Part shown: positions 46,735-56,168 of the stretch, piece after piece
How positions within the stretch are numbered: the stretch's first letter is position 1
Layout of the letters: the number at the start of each line of letters is the position of its first letter
The notes under the pieces: model-generated
The model's database searches: none
The model's input: only the letters and a program-made list of their open reading frames with translations
Told to the model about the DNA's origin: nothing
Made by a program: the position numbers and the translations under genes
Origin: Pseudomonadota bacterium
GTDB lineage: Bacteria; Pseudomonadota; Alphaproteobacteria; Rickettsiales; RGZB01
Length of the DNA: 63,254 bases
Direction of reading: 5' to 3'
Assembly (NCBI GenBank): GCA_010031735.1
Contig: RGZB01000005.1
Location: forward strand, 1-63,254

Positions 46735-48021
46735 TTATATGGCATTCTTCGTTTGTGCTATGGCACGCCAGGCGATATCACGACGGCAGAAACCTTCGGG
46801 CCAGTGGATAGCATCCACGGCACTATACGCACGTTTTTGTGCTTCCGCAACGGTTGCGCCGATGGCGGTGACGCCAAGCACCCTGCCGCCGATCGCGAGT
46901 ATCTTACCCGCTTCGCGTTTCGTGCCGGCATGGAAAACTTTCACCCCTTCCATCTGGTCTGCTTGGGCGATGTTTTTGATCTCGGTGTTTTTCACATACG
47001 TATCGGGATAGCCTTTCGCTGCCATCACCACGCACACGGCTGCTTTAGACGAAAGCTTCACGGTCTTGCCCTCCAGATTGCCTTTGGCACAGGCGAGCAT
47101 CAACTCGACAAGATCGGATTCCAAGCGCAGCATCAGCACCTGTGTTTCCGGATCGCCGAAACGTGCGTTGAACTCGATCAGCTTCGGGCCTTTTTTGGTA
47201 AGCATCAGGCCGGCGAACAACACGCCTTTGAATGGCATGCCTTCTTTTTTCATCGCGGTGATCGCTGGCTGCATGATGGTGCGCATCACCTCTTCGTCGA
47301 TGGCTTTGGTCACACACGGTGCCGGGGAATAGGTGCCCATGCCGCCGGTGTTCGGGCCGGTATCGCCGTCGCCCACGCGCTTGTGGTCCTGTGCGGAACC
47401 GAAAGCAATAGCCGTCGTGCCATCCGAGAGGGCGAAATAACTTGCCTCTTCACCGTCCAGGAATTCTTCGATCACGACGAGCTTGCCCGCATCGCCGAAT
47501 TTGCCGCCGAACATCTCGTCGATAGCTTTGTAGGCCTCCGCTTTATTTTGCGCGATGATGACACCTTTACCCGCCGCTAAGCCATCGGCTTTGATGACGG
47601 TGGGGTAGCTGTTCTGTGCATCGATATATTTTTTGGCGGACGCCGCATCGGTGAAACTGTCGTACGCACCGGTCGGGAGGTTGTATTTCTTGCAGAGGTC
47701 TTTGGTGAATTTCTTGGAGCCTTCGAGTTGTGCCGCTTTCGCCGAGGGGCCGAAAACCGGAATGCCGGCGGCCTCGAGTTTATCTGCAAGCCCCGCGACC
47801 AAGGGTGCCTCAGGGCCGATCACCACGAGACCGATCGTTTCTTTCTTGCAGAACGCGATGATGCCTTCCGCATCCGTATCTTTCAGATCGACCGGTGTGC
47901 ACAGCGAATGGATACCCGCATTGCCCGGCAGCGCGAAGAGCGTGCCGACCTGCTTAGACTTTTTGAGCGCGTATGCGAGCGCATGTTCGCGTCCGCCGCT
48001 ACCGATCAGTAAAATATGCAT
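46735..48021 (-). CDS. purD: phosphoribosylamine-glycine ligase
   Basis: GSGGREHA, KADGLAAGKGV, QDHKR, GPNTGGMG, EFNARFGDPETQ. Confidence 0.98.
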   Translation of the reverse strand: MHILLIGSGGREHALAYALKKSKQVGTLFALPGNAGIHSLCTPVDLKDTDAEGIIAFCKKETIGLVVIGPEAPLVAGLADKLEAAGIPVFGPSAKAAQLEGSKKFTKDLCKKYNLPTGAYDSFTDAASAKKYIDAQNSYPTVIKADGLAAGKGVIIAQNKAEAYKAIDEMFGGKFGDAGKLVVIEEFLDGEEASYFALSDGTTAIAFGSAQDHKRVGDGDTGPNTGGMGTYSPAPCVTKAIDEEVMRTIMQPAITAMKKEGMPFKGVLFAGLMLTKKGPKLIEFNARFGDPETQVLMLRLESDLVELMLACAKGNLEGKTVKLSSKAAVCVVMAAKGYPDTYVKNTEIKNIAQADQMEGVKVFHAGTKREAGKILAIGGRVLGVTAIGATVAEAQKRAYSAVDAIHWPEGFCRRDIAWRAIAQTKNAI

Positions 48022-48139
48022 AGATTCCAGTTCTTAAAGCCTAACGAAAGGCCCATTTCCCTGGTGCAGGGTATAGCCAAGTTAGGGCCGATATGCAAGT
48101 TATGTTGCAGGCTTACCCCCGTATGCTAGATTCCGCCCT

Positions 48140-49534
48140 ATGGAAGAGCTCAGGAGGAACATACACGAATATACCGTCTCGGAGATATCCGGTGCGCTGA
48201 AACGCACGGTGGAAGAGACTTACGGCTATGTCCGCGTACGCGGTGAGATCATCGGATCGAAGCACCATAGCTCCGGCCACCTCTATATGAGCCTGAAGGA
48301 TGAAGGCGCGGTTTTGGCGGCCGTGTGTTGGCGCGGGGTGGTGGGGAAACTCGCTTTCCGCCCGGAAGATGGCCTAGAGGTGGTCGCTACAGGGCGGATC
48401 ACGACCTTCCCCGGCCAATCGAAATACCAGATCGTCATCGAGCAGATGGAGCCCGCCGGTGTCGGTGCCTTGATGGCACTCTTGGAGAAACGGAAGGCGA
48501 TGTTCGCCGCCGAAGGCTTGTTTGCGCCAGAGCGGAAGAAGCCGATCCCGTTCCTGCCTGCGACCATCGGTGTCATCACCTCCCCTACCGGTGCGGTGAT
48601 CCGCGACATCCTGCACCGTGTGCGCGACCGCTTCCCCGTGCATGTGCTGGTGTGGCCGGTGGCCGTGCAAGGTGAGGCGGCGGCAGGGCAGGTCGCGGAA
48701 GCGATCCGGGGCTTCAATGCGATGAAGGATCGCCCCGATGTGCTGATCGTCGCGCGTGGCGGCGGTTCGATGGAAGACCTCTGGGCATTCAATGAGGAGA
48801 TCGTGGTGCGTGCCGCCGCGGCCAGTGAGATTCCACTCATCTCTGCCGTGGGACACGAAACCGACACGACATTGATCGACTTTGTTTCCGATCGCCGTGC
48901 ACCGACGCCAACGGCAGCCGCAGAGATGGCTCTCCCCGTACGCGCAGAGCTGCAAGCCGCCGCATTCGAATTGAAATCGCGCGCCTTCAATGCGGTGATG
49001 CGCCGCCTCGAGCGCTCCGAAGAATTCGTGCGTGCGCTTTCTCGTGGGCTCATCAGCCCGAAACATATGCTCGAGACCATGGCACAGCGGTTGGATGATG
49101 CGAGCGAGCGGCTCACAACCTCGCTTCCGAAATATATCGAAGCGAAACAACAAACGCTGCGCTTGTTCGCATCGGGACTTAAACTCACGCGCCTCAGTGA
49201 ACGGATGGAGGAGTGGCAGAAGAAACTTGCCGATATCCGGTTACGCCTGAGCGCACAGCTTGAGGCCACGCTCAGTGATAAGGCAAAGCAGGTGACCAAC
49301 CTTTCACGCTTGCTCGACAGTTTCCATTATAAACGCGTGCTCGAACGCGGCTTTGTGCTGGTGCATGGGGCAAGCGGAGTCCTCACTACAGCAAGTGCGG
49401 TGAAATCCGGTGAACATATGGAGTTGGAATTCAAGGACGGTAAACGCGCGGTCAGGGCAGAAGGTTCATCGGTAGCGGTGATGAAGCGTGCCAAACCCAA
49501 AACGCCTTCAGGTGATCAGGGTAGCCTGCTCTGA
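48140..49534 (+). CDS. xseA: exodeoxyribonuclease VII large subunit
   Basis: SGHLY, ITSPTGAVIRD, RGGGSMEDLWAFN, SAVGHETD, RAPTPTAAAE. Confidence 0.97.
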   Translation: MEELRRNIHEYTVSEISGALKRTVEETYGYVRVRGEIIGSKHHSSGHLYMSLKDEGAVLAAVCWRGVVGKLAFRPEDGLEVVATGRITTFPGQSKYQIVIEQMEPAGVGALMALLEKRKAMFAAEGLFAPERKKPIPFLPATIGVITSPTGAVIRDILHRVRDRFPVHVLVWPVAVQGEAAAGQVAEAIRGFNAMKDRPDVLIVARGGGSMEDLWAFNEEIVVRAAAASEIPLISAVGHETDTTLIDFVSDRRAPTPTAAAEMALPVRAELQAAAFELKSRAFNAVMRRLERSEEFVRALSRGLISPKHMLETMAQRLDDASERLTTSLPKYIEAKQQTLRLFASGLKLTRLSERMEEWQKKLADIRLRLSAQLEATLSDKAKQVTNLSRLLDSFHYKRVLERGFVLVHGASGVLTTASAVKSGEHMELEFKDGKRAVRAEGSSVAVMKRAKPKTPSGDQGSLL

Positions 49535-50422
49535 TCAACGCGGTTGATCCGGCTCTCGCGGCCAGCGGCGATGGAGCCACAACCATTGTGCGGGATATTC
49601 GCGGATCCAGTTTTCAAACTGTTGGTTTACTTCCGTCATGATCGCCACGTTATTTTTATTCGTGGTATCGAGTGCCGGTACGATCTCCACTTTGAAGTAC
49701 GCGCCTTTTGTACGAATCACGCGAGCGCCTACCAGCGGGCTTCCCATCTTCAGCGCGATATCAGCCATGGCAGAGGCGGTCATTGCTTCACGGCCGAAGA
49801 ACGGAATGGGAATGCCGTCATTCATCTTCTGATCGACGAGCAAACCGACATAGCCGCCTTCTTTGAGCGTGCGAAGGATATTGCGCGCACTTTCGCGCCC
49901 TTTCGCGAACAATCCGTTATGGCTGTTTTTGCGGCTTTTGCGGTAAAGCCGCTCGACAAAAGGATTGTTGGCCGGGCGGTATACGAGCGCAAGCGGCATG
50001 CCGAGTTCGTAAGCGGTTTTGGGGGCGATCTCCCAATTGCCGATGTGGCCAGAGAATACGATGCCACCTTTGCCAATCACTTTCAGTACTTCTAAATGCT
50101 CTATCCCTGTTACCTCTACACGTTCCCAGAATTTCTTGCCCGTGAGCTTGGGGATGTGCGGGAATTCCGCGACGATACGGCCGAGATTGTTCCACATCTC
50201 GAGAAGCGTAGAATTGATCTTGGCATCATCCCAATCCGGGAACGCGCGCTTGAGATTATAACGTGCGGTGTTGTTTGCACGCAGCCGCGGCCCGATCACC
50301 GTTCCCATGATAGAACCAAAATAAGAAGCGATGTCGATCGGGAGGATGCGGTACAGGTGATAGAAGACGTAGGCGAGAACGCCAATAAAGAGTTTTCGGA
50401 AACTATTTTTCGGACGCTTCAT
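49535..50422 (-). CDS. lipid A biosynthesis acyltransferase (LpxL/HtrB family)
   Basis: GHIGNWE, LVDQ, FFG, PAQWLWLHRRW. Confidence 0.92.
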   Translation of the reverse strand: MKRPKNSFRKLFIGVLAYVFYHLYRILPIDIASYFGSIMGTVIGPRLRANNTARYNLKRAFPDWDDAKINSTLLEMWNNLGRIVAEFPHIPKLTGKKFWERVEVTGIEHLEVLKVIGKGGIVFSGHIGNWEIAPKTAYELGMPLALVYRPANNPFVERLYRKSRKNSHNGLFAKGRESARNILRTLKEGGYVGLLVDQKMNDGIPIPFFGREAMTASAMADIALKMGSPLVGARVIRTKGAYFKVEIVPALDTTNKNNVAIMTEVNQQFENWIREYPAQWLWLHRRWPREPDQPR

Positions 50423-50423
50423 A

Positions 50424-51401
50424 TCACTTGGACTTCTTTATCTGTTTCAGTAGAAGCGATTTAAGCGCTTTCTCGTTATCAAGTGTGAGTTCTGCTTTCA
50501 CGACCTGTACCTTCGACCGGAAATGCTCCGGTAAACGTACCCAGTCCTTCTCGGTGGTGACGAGCGATGCTTCGATTGCCGTCGCCCGTGCCGTGAGAGT
50601 ATGGATATCGGCGGTGGTATAGGCATGATGGTCGGCAAAATCAAGCGTGCCGTTTACCGTAAGGCCTGCCTGCATGAGTGTTTCATAAAATTTTTGCGGG
50701 CGTGCGATGCCGGCAAATGCAAAATAGCTACGCTTCTTTGCGGGCAGGGGTTTTTTCGGCGTCATCGTGCCGGAGAAGTTGGGAAGTGCCTTGAGGCGTA
50801 GGTCTTCGCTCAGTTCTTTGCGTGGTTTGCCGATCACCAGGATGGCGTGCGACCGGGCAAGCGCGCCTTTGATCTTTTCGCGTAGCGGTCCGGCAGGCAG
50901 CATGCCGTAATTACCGAAGCCGAAGCCACCATCGATGACGACGATATTCACATCGCGCGCCACCGCGAAATGCTGTAAGCCATCGTCCATGATAATGAGA
51001 GTGGCACCGTCTTTTATCGCGAGTGCAATCGCGTCTTTACGGTGTTCTGCAATGTAACACGGTGCGTGATCGGCAAGCAGGAGGGGTTCGTCGCCCACGT
51101 CCATGGCGCTATCTTTTTTGCGGTCGACCCTGTAGGGGGCGACATGCCTGCCGCCATAACCACGGCTGACGAACGCGAGCTTGGGATATTCCTTTTTGAG
51201 CAGACGGGCGATAGCGATCGCTGTGGGGGTTTTTCCGGCGCCACCGGCCGTGATATTACCGACGCAGATGATCGGTACGGGGAACGATTGCGCGGTGGTA
51301 AAGCGTTTTTTCAGCAGGAAAAAGAAATAATAGATCGGGGTCAGAGATAACATCACCTCAAAGCGGATGCCGCGACGGTTCCAGTGTTTCGGTGTTTTCA
51401 T
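50424..51401 (-). CDS. lpxK: tetraacyldisaccharide 4'-kinase
   Basis: VGNITAGGAGKTP, SRGYGG, GDEP, MDDGLQ, PAGPLRE, TTEKD. Confidence 0.96.
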   Translation of the reverse strand: MKTPKHWNRRGIRFEVMLSLTPIYYFFFLLKKRFTTAQSFPVPIICVGNITAGGAGKTPTAIAIARLLKKEYPKLAFVSRGYGGRHVAPYRVDRKKDSAMDVGDEPLLLADHAPCYIAEHRKDAIALAIKDGATLIIMDDGLQHFAVARDVNIVVIDGGFGFGNYGMLPAGPLREKIKGALARSHAILVIGKPRKELSEDLRLKALPNFSGTMTPKKPLPAKKRSYFAFAGIARPQKFYETLMQAGLTVNGTLDFADHHAYTTADIHTLTARATAIEASLVTTEKDWVRLPEHFRSKVQVVKAELTLDNEKALKSLLLKQIKKSK

Positions 51402-52675
51402 GACGTGGCCTTCAGTTGCGTGATGAAGGGACCCAGTGCTTCCATATAGTCGGCGACGACGCTTCCCTTACTCTCGACGAAATCGAGTGCGGCATTACAC
51501 ATCGTTTTCTGCATGGTTTTATCGGAGAGCAGGTTTGCGACCGCACCGGGAAGTGCTTCGGCATGTTCGATCTTGATGCAGGCATTCTCCGCGATCAGTT
51601 CATTGAAGATCGGCGTGAAGTGATGGATGTGCGGCCCGGTGATGAGCGCACATTCAAGACGTGCCGGCTCAAGCGGATTATGTCCGCCTTGCTCGATCAG
51701 CGAACCGCCCATGAAGACGATGTTGGACAGGCGGTAGAATAAACCCAGTTCACCGAGCGTATCGGCAAGATAGATATCGGTAGCTGCCGTGGCGACCTCG
51801 GATTTCGAACGCACGGCAATGGAGAGTGATTCCGGTGCTAATGTTTCCAAAATCTCATCCCTGCGGTTCGGATGGCGCGGCACCAGGATGGTGAGTATGT
51901 CAGGAAATTGCTTTTTGAGTGCGAGGTGCGCTTTTGCTACTGCGATCTCTTCGCCGGCATGGGTGCTTGCTGCTACCCACACCGGGCGATTACCGATCAT
52001 GGTAAGCATGCTGCCGACTTCCTTCGGATCAACGGGCAGTGCCGGTGCTTCGAATTTCAGGTTGCCGACGAAACGGATATTCTTCGCGCCTAACGAAGCA
52101 AGACGTTTGCCATCTTCTTCCGTTTGCGGAAGGGTGAGGGAGAAACTCTCCAGCATCCGGTGCGCGAGCTTCTTCGCTTTCTGCCAGGTTGCGACCGATT
52201 CGACGGATAACGTGGCATTCACCTGCACGAGCGGGCACCCCGTTTTATGCGTCTCGACGATCAGGTTCGGCCATAATTCCGATTCTACCCACAGTGCCAG
52301 ATCCGGCCTCCAGTGACGGAGGAAGCGGCGCACCGAATGCACTTTATCGACAGGTACATATTGATGCATGGCGCGGCGCGGCAGACGCTTTGCAAGCATT
52401 TCTGCACTCGTGACCGTACCGGTAGTGACGAGCACATGCGCTTTTGGCAGTGCTTCGGTGATCGAGCGGATGAGCGAGAGCACGGACACCGCTTCACCGA
52501 CGCTGGCTGCATGCACCCAGACGAGTGCGCCTTGCGGGCGTGCTAAACCGGCATGGCCCAGACGTTCGCGGAAACGCACGGCATCTTCTTTGCCCGCCAA
52601 GCGGCGCTTCAAGAGATACAGATCGATGAAAGGACTGAGCAGACGTGTCAGCCACTGGTAGAGGTGCAGTTGCAT
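51398..52675 (-). CDS. waaA: Kdo transferase
   Basis: WVHAASVGE, ESELWPN, GNLK, ASTHAGEE, VPRHP, GGHNPLEPA; start at MQLHL. Confidence 0.95.
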   Translation of the reverse strand: MQLHLYQWLTRLLSPFIDLYLLKRRLAGKEDAVRFRERLGHAGLARPQGALVWVHAASVGEAVSVLSLIRSITEALPKAHVLVTTGTVTSAEMLAKRLPRRAMHQYVPVDKVHSVRRFLRHWRPDLALWVESELWPNLIVETHKTGCPLVQVNATLSVESVATWQKAKKLAHRMLESFSLTLPQTEEDGKRLASLGAKNIRFVGNLKFEAPALPVDPKEVGSMLTMIGNRPVWVAASTHAGEEIAVAKAHLALKKQFPDILTILVPRHPNRRDEILETLAPESLSIAVRSKSEVATAATDIYLADTLGELGLFYRLSNIVFMGGSLIEQGGHNPLEPARLECALITGPHIHHFTPIFNELIAENACIKIEHAEALPGAVANLLSDKTMQKTMCNAALDFVESKGSVVADYMEALGPFITQLKATS

Positions 52676-52676
52676 C

Positions 52677-54521
52677 CTACGATGCCTTCTTCGTATCGCG
52701 GGTGTTACCGCGTTTTTCCTTGGCGGCGAACTGGCGGCGGTAGAGCCTTGCATACTCGCCGCGCCTCGCAAGCAGCTCTTTGTGTTTGCCGTGTTCGATG
52801 ACGCGGCCTTCATGCATCACATAGATGATATCGGAATCCATCACGGTCGACAAACGGTGTGCGATGACCAAGGTCGTGCGGTCTTTCATCAGGTGGTCGA
52901 GCGCTTCCTGCACATGGTGCTCGGAAGCCGTATCGAGCGCCGAGGTCGCTTCGTCGAGCAGCAGGATCGGTGCGTTCTTCAGCATCGCACGTGCAATCGC
53001 GATACGTTGGCGTTGGCCACCCGAAAGCCTTACGCCGTGCTGCCCGACCATGGTGTCGTACCCTTCCGGAAGCGCCTTGATGAAATCATGTGCGGCGGCG
53101 GATTTTGCAGCGGCGATCATCGCTTCTTCAGTGGCATTATCGGTGCCGTAACAGATATTGGCGCGGATCGTATCGTCGAAGAGCATGCTCTCCTGTGCCA
53201 CGATCGCGGTCGCATCGCGGAGTGAATCGAGCGTCACGTGCTTGATGTCCTGGTCGTCGATGGTGATGCGGCCGGCATCCGGATCGTAGAAACGGAGTGC
53301 GAGGTTCATGATCGTACTTTTGCCGGAGCCGGATGCGCCGACGAGTGCCACACGCTTACCTGCAGGTACACGCAGTGTGACGTTCTCGAGGGTCTTCCTC
53401 TCTGCGTTGTACGAGAAGTGTACTTTGTCGAACACGAGCGAACCTTTTTTCACTTTGAGCGCCTTTGCACCCTTCACGTTCTGGATTTCCGGACGCGTAT
53501 CGAGCACGCTGTATAAACGCGAGATCGCCGTCAGGCCTTCCTGCACGTTGGCATTGAGACCCGAAAGACTTTTAAGCGGTTTATACGCCATGATGAGCGC
53601 GGCGATGAACGAGAAGAATGCGCCCGGCGTGGTGGTGCCGTGCACGACTTGCAGGCCGCCATACCAGATTACACCGGAGATCGAAAGACCGGTCAGGATT
53701 TCCATGATCGGCGGCGCTGCCGAATCGATGCGCGCTGCTTTGATGTAGAGCGAGAAGAGTTTTTCCATCACCCCCTTGGCGCGGCGGGTTTCATACCCTT
53801 CCGCGTTATAGGATTTTACGGTGCGGATACCTTGGAACGTATCATCCAGGCTTGCGGTGAAGTGTCCGAGTTCTTCTTGCGTCTTCTCTGCTACTTTGCG
53901 CATGCGTTTGCCGAGGCGCACGGTCGGGTAGATCGCCAGCGGCAGCACGGTGAAGGCGACAAGCGAAAGCGTCACGCTCTGGTAGAACATCACGCCGACC
54001 AGTGCCACGAGTGTGACGGATTCTTTGGCGAAGGTGTTCAAGAAGTTCACCACGTTCTTGCGGATCACGGTGACATCGTTCGAGAAGCGCGAGATGAGTT
54101 TACCGGAAGCATTGCCGGAGAAGAGTGCCACATCGGCATCGAGCAGGTGTTTGAAGAGCGAGATCTGCATGTCGGTCACGATACGCTGGCCGACGAATTT
54201 CATGTAGAGCGACTGGCCGTATGTCGCGAGGCCTTTGACGAGCGATGTACCAAGCACGGCAAGCGGAAGCCACACCAGCATCGACATATCACGTTCCAAG
54301 AATATCTTGTCGAGCACCGGTTGCATCATCCATGCGTTCACGGCGGTAGAGAGTGCAGCAAGCACCATGCAGATCAGTGCGAAGAGGATTTTATTCTTGT
54401 GCGCACGGATATAATCGCGCCACAAGCGCCGCACTAATACGGAAGAGGGCGTATCGGAGCGGGTGATGTGGCCGGTATTGCCGGAAGCAAGGGATAAGCG
54501 GTTCGATTCTTTGCGTGCCAT
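52677..54521 (-). CDS. msbA: lipid A export ABC transporter
   Basis: TMD + NBD (GASGSGKS, LSGGQRQR, LLLDEATS); in lipid A operon. Confidence 0.88.
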   Translation of the reverse strand: MARKESNRLSLASGNTGHITRSDTPSSVLVRRLWRDYIRAHKNKILFALICMVLAALSTAVNAWMMQPVLDKIFLERDMSMLVWLPLAVLGTSLVKGLATYGQSLYMKFVGQRIVTDMQISLFKHLLDADVALFSGNASGKLISRFSNDVTVIRKNVVNFLNTFAKESVTLVALVGVMFYQSVTLSLVAFTVLPLAIYPTVRLGKRMRKVAEKTQEELGHFTASLDDTFQGIRTVKSYNAEGYETRRAKGVMEKLFSLYIKAARIDSAAPPIMEILTGLSISGVIWYGGLQVVHGTTTPGAFFSFIAALIMAYKPLKSLSGLNANVQEGLTAISRLYSVLDTRPEIQNVKGAKALKVKKGSLVFDKVHFSYNAERKTLENVTLRVPAGKRVALVGASGSGKSTIMNLALRFYDPDAGRITIDDQDIKHVTLDSLRDATAIVAQESMLFDDTIRANICYGTDNATEEAMIAAAKSAAAHDFIKALPEGYDTMVGQHGVRLSGGQRQRIAIARAMLKNAPILLLDEATSALDTASEHHVQEALDHLMKDRTTLVIAHRLSTVMDSDIIYVMHEGRVIEHGKHKELLARRGEYARLYRRQFAAKEKRGNTRDTKKAS

Positions 54522-54603
54522 GGTTTTTTGGTATGTGTGTAAAGCCGGCCGAGCATACCGCCTAATTCTGACACAGGCAAGCATTTGAAGGGTCGTCTCT
54601 ATT

Positions 54604-55020
54604 TCACGATTCTGCGAGAATTTTGATCAGCAACGTGATGACCTCTTTCTGCCGGGGGTGGCGGATGCGCATGAAATCGCGGAGCGCATGGAGGGCATCC
54701 TTGTACGCGGCGGTCAACTCCTGGCTCGTCAGCAGACTTTCTTTTTCATAGAAGTCCGCGACCGAGGTGCCAAGCAGATGGGCAATCGCATGCAGGCGGC
54801 TTGCCGTGATGCGATTCGCGCCACGCTCGTATTTATGCAGTTGTTGGTGGGTGATGCCGAGTTTTCTCGCCAGTTCTTTGCGTGAATAACCGGCGATCAC
54901 CCGCCGCTCCTCGATGCGTTTGCCGATCGCGATATCGATCGCCTCGATACTCCGCACATTGCGTTTGTGAATCTGCTCGGCAGCGGTAGGTTTTAGGGGT
55001 GTCTCTGAATCACTGAACAT
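54604..55020 (-). CDS. XRE-family HTH regulator (StaR-like alphaproteobacterial subfamily)
   Basis: IGKRI..RR, LGITHQQLHKYERGANRITASRL. Confidence 0.88.
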   Translation of the reverse strand: MFSDSETPLKPTAAEQIHKRNVRSIEAIDIAIGKRIEERRVIAGYSRKELARKLGITHQQLHKYERGANRITASRLHAIAHLLGTSVADFYEKESLLTSQELTAAYKDALHALRDFMRIRHPRQKEVITLLIKILAES

Positions 55021-55051
55021 GGGATATGGTACTCCTTCATGCCCCTAGAGG

Positions 55052-55068
55052 TTGCAAGGAGAGTGCCA
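55052..55068 (-). promoter_or_regulatory. sigma-54 (-24/-12) promoter
   Basis: Minus strand TGGCAC-tctcc-TTGCAA, exact consensus spacing, upstream of the GAAGGAG RBS of the XRE gene. Confidence 0.82.
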
Positions 55069-55284
55069 GTTTTCATCTCCGGCGCAAGAGGGTGGCCAGT
55101 CCTTTGATATTACAGTGCTAATCAGACGCCTGGAAATGGTGGGTGTGGGACGTCGTGGCAGATTTCCGTTCCAACCCGGTACATCGTCTCGAAACAGGAC
55201 GTTTCAAGCGCAGACATCGGAGAGTTGATAAAAGCAAAAGGGTCGATTAGAAGAGATATATACATTCTTTTGGGGTATAAAACC

Positions 55285-56112
55285 ATGCACCGTCAAATGC
55301 TCTCGTTCACCAGCCTCATCGCACTCACGATCCTGCCCGCATGTGCCTCTATGATGGAAGGTTCGACACAGGTGGTGACGATCGATACCAATCCGCGCAT
55401 CCAGGGTAATTGCACGGCAACGAACGAGCGTGGCGAATGGCAGTTGCCAACCATTCCCGGCACCATCGAAGTGAAGCGTTCGAAAAGCCCGATGCGTGTA
55501 CGCTGCGAAGGCATGGGCATGAAAGGCATCTATAGTGCATCTTCGCGCACGGAATCGTGGGGATATGGCAACGTAGCGACCGTAGGTCTCGGTGCGGGTG
55601 TCGATGGTGCGACAGGCGCACTGTATAAATACCCCGAAACGATCACGGTTGCGATGATGGCGGACTCTGCCGCGGCTGGGTCTACTCCGCCGATCGCGCC
55701 GATGCAGCAACAAGGATTCCAACCGGCACCGACGGCCGCTTTCGGTACGATGCCACCGTATACACCGCCGCCAGGCGTACCTGCGGGTGGGTTAGTGCCA
55801 CCGCAAGGCTTGCCGCATCTGCCGAACCAACCGCCGCTGCAACCGATGGCGATGCCGCAAGGGCTACCACCGATCCCACCGCAAGCGATGCCGCCGCAGG
55901 GTTATGCGCCGCCGCCTTATCCACCGGCACAAGGCATCGCGCCGCCGCCGGGCCTGCCGATGATGGCGCATCCGCCGCAAGCGTATGCACCGCCCCCGCA
56001 ACCGTATGCGCCGCAGGGAGTGCCGTCCTATCCGGCAGCACCGCAAGCCATCGGCACTTCAACAGGCGGCTTCGTACCTACGACGGTTCCGCCGGTCAAT
56101 CCGAAGCAGTAG
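55285..56112 (+). CDS. putative lipoprotein with long Pro/Gln-rich tail
   Basis: Lipobox LPAC; conserved-looking small domain ending VDGATGALYKYP; low-complexity PPQG tail. Confidence 0.75.
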   Translation: MHRQMLSFTSLIALTILPACASMMEGSTQVVTIDTNPRIQGNCTATNERGEWQLPTIPGTIEVKRSKSPMRVRCEGMGMKGIYSASSRTESWGYGNVATVGLGAGVDGATGALYKYPETITVAMMADSAAAGSTPPIAPMQQQGFQPAPTAAFGTMPPYTPPPGVPAGGLVPPQGLPHLPNQPPLQPMAMPQGLPPIPPQAMPPQGYAPPPYPPAQGIAPPPGLPMMAHPPQAYAPPPQPYAPQGVPSYPAAPQAIGTSTGGFVPTTVPPVNPKQ

Positions 56113-56130
56113 TGTAATATGATCCGTGGC

Positions 56131-56157
56131 CCGTACGACGCAGACCCCGTCGTACGG
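56131..56157. terminator. hairpin between convergent genes
   Basis: CCGTACGACG-cagaccc-CGTCGTACGG. Confidence 0.6.
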
Positions 56158-56168
56158 CAGTGATGCGA

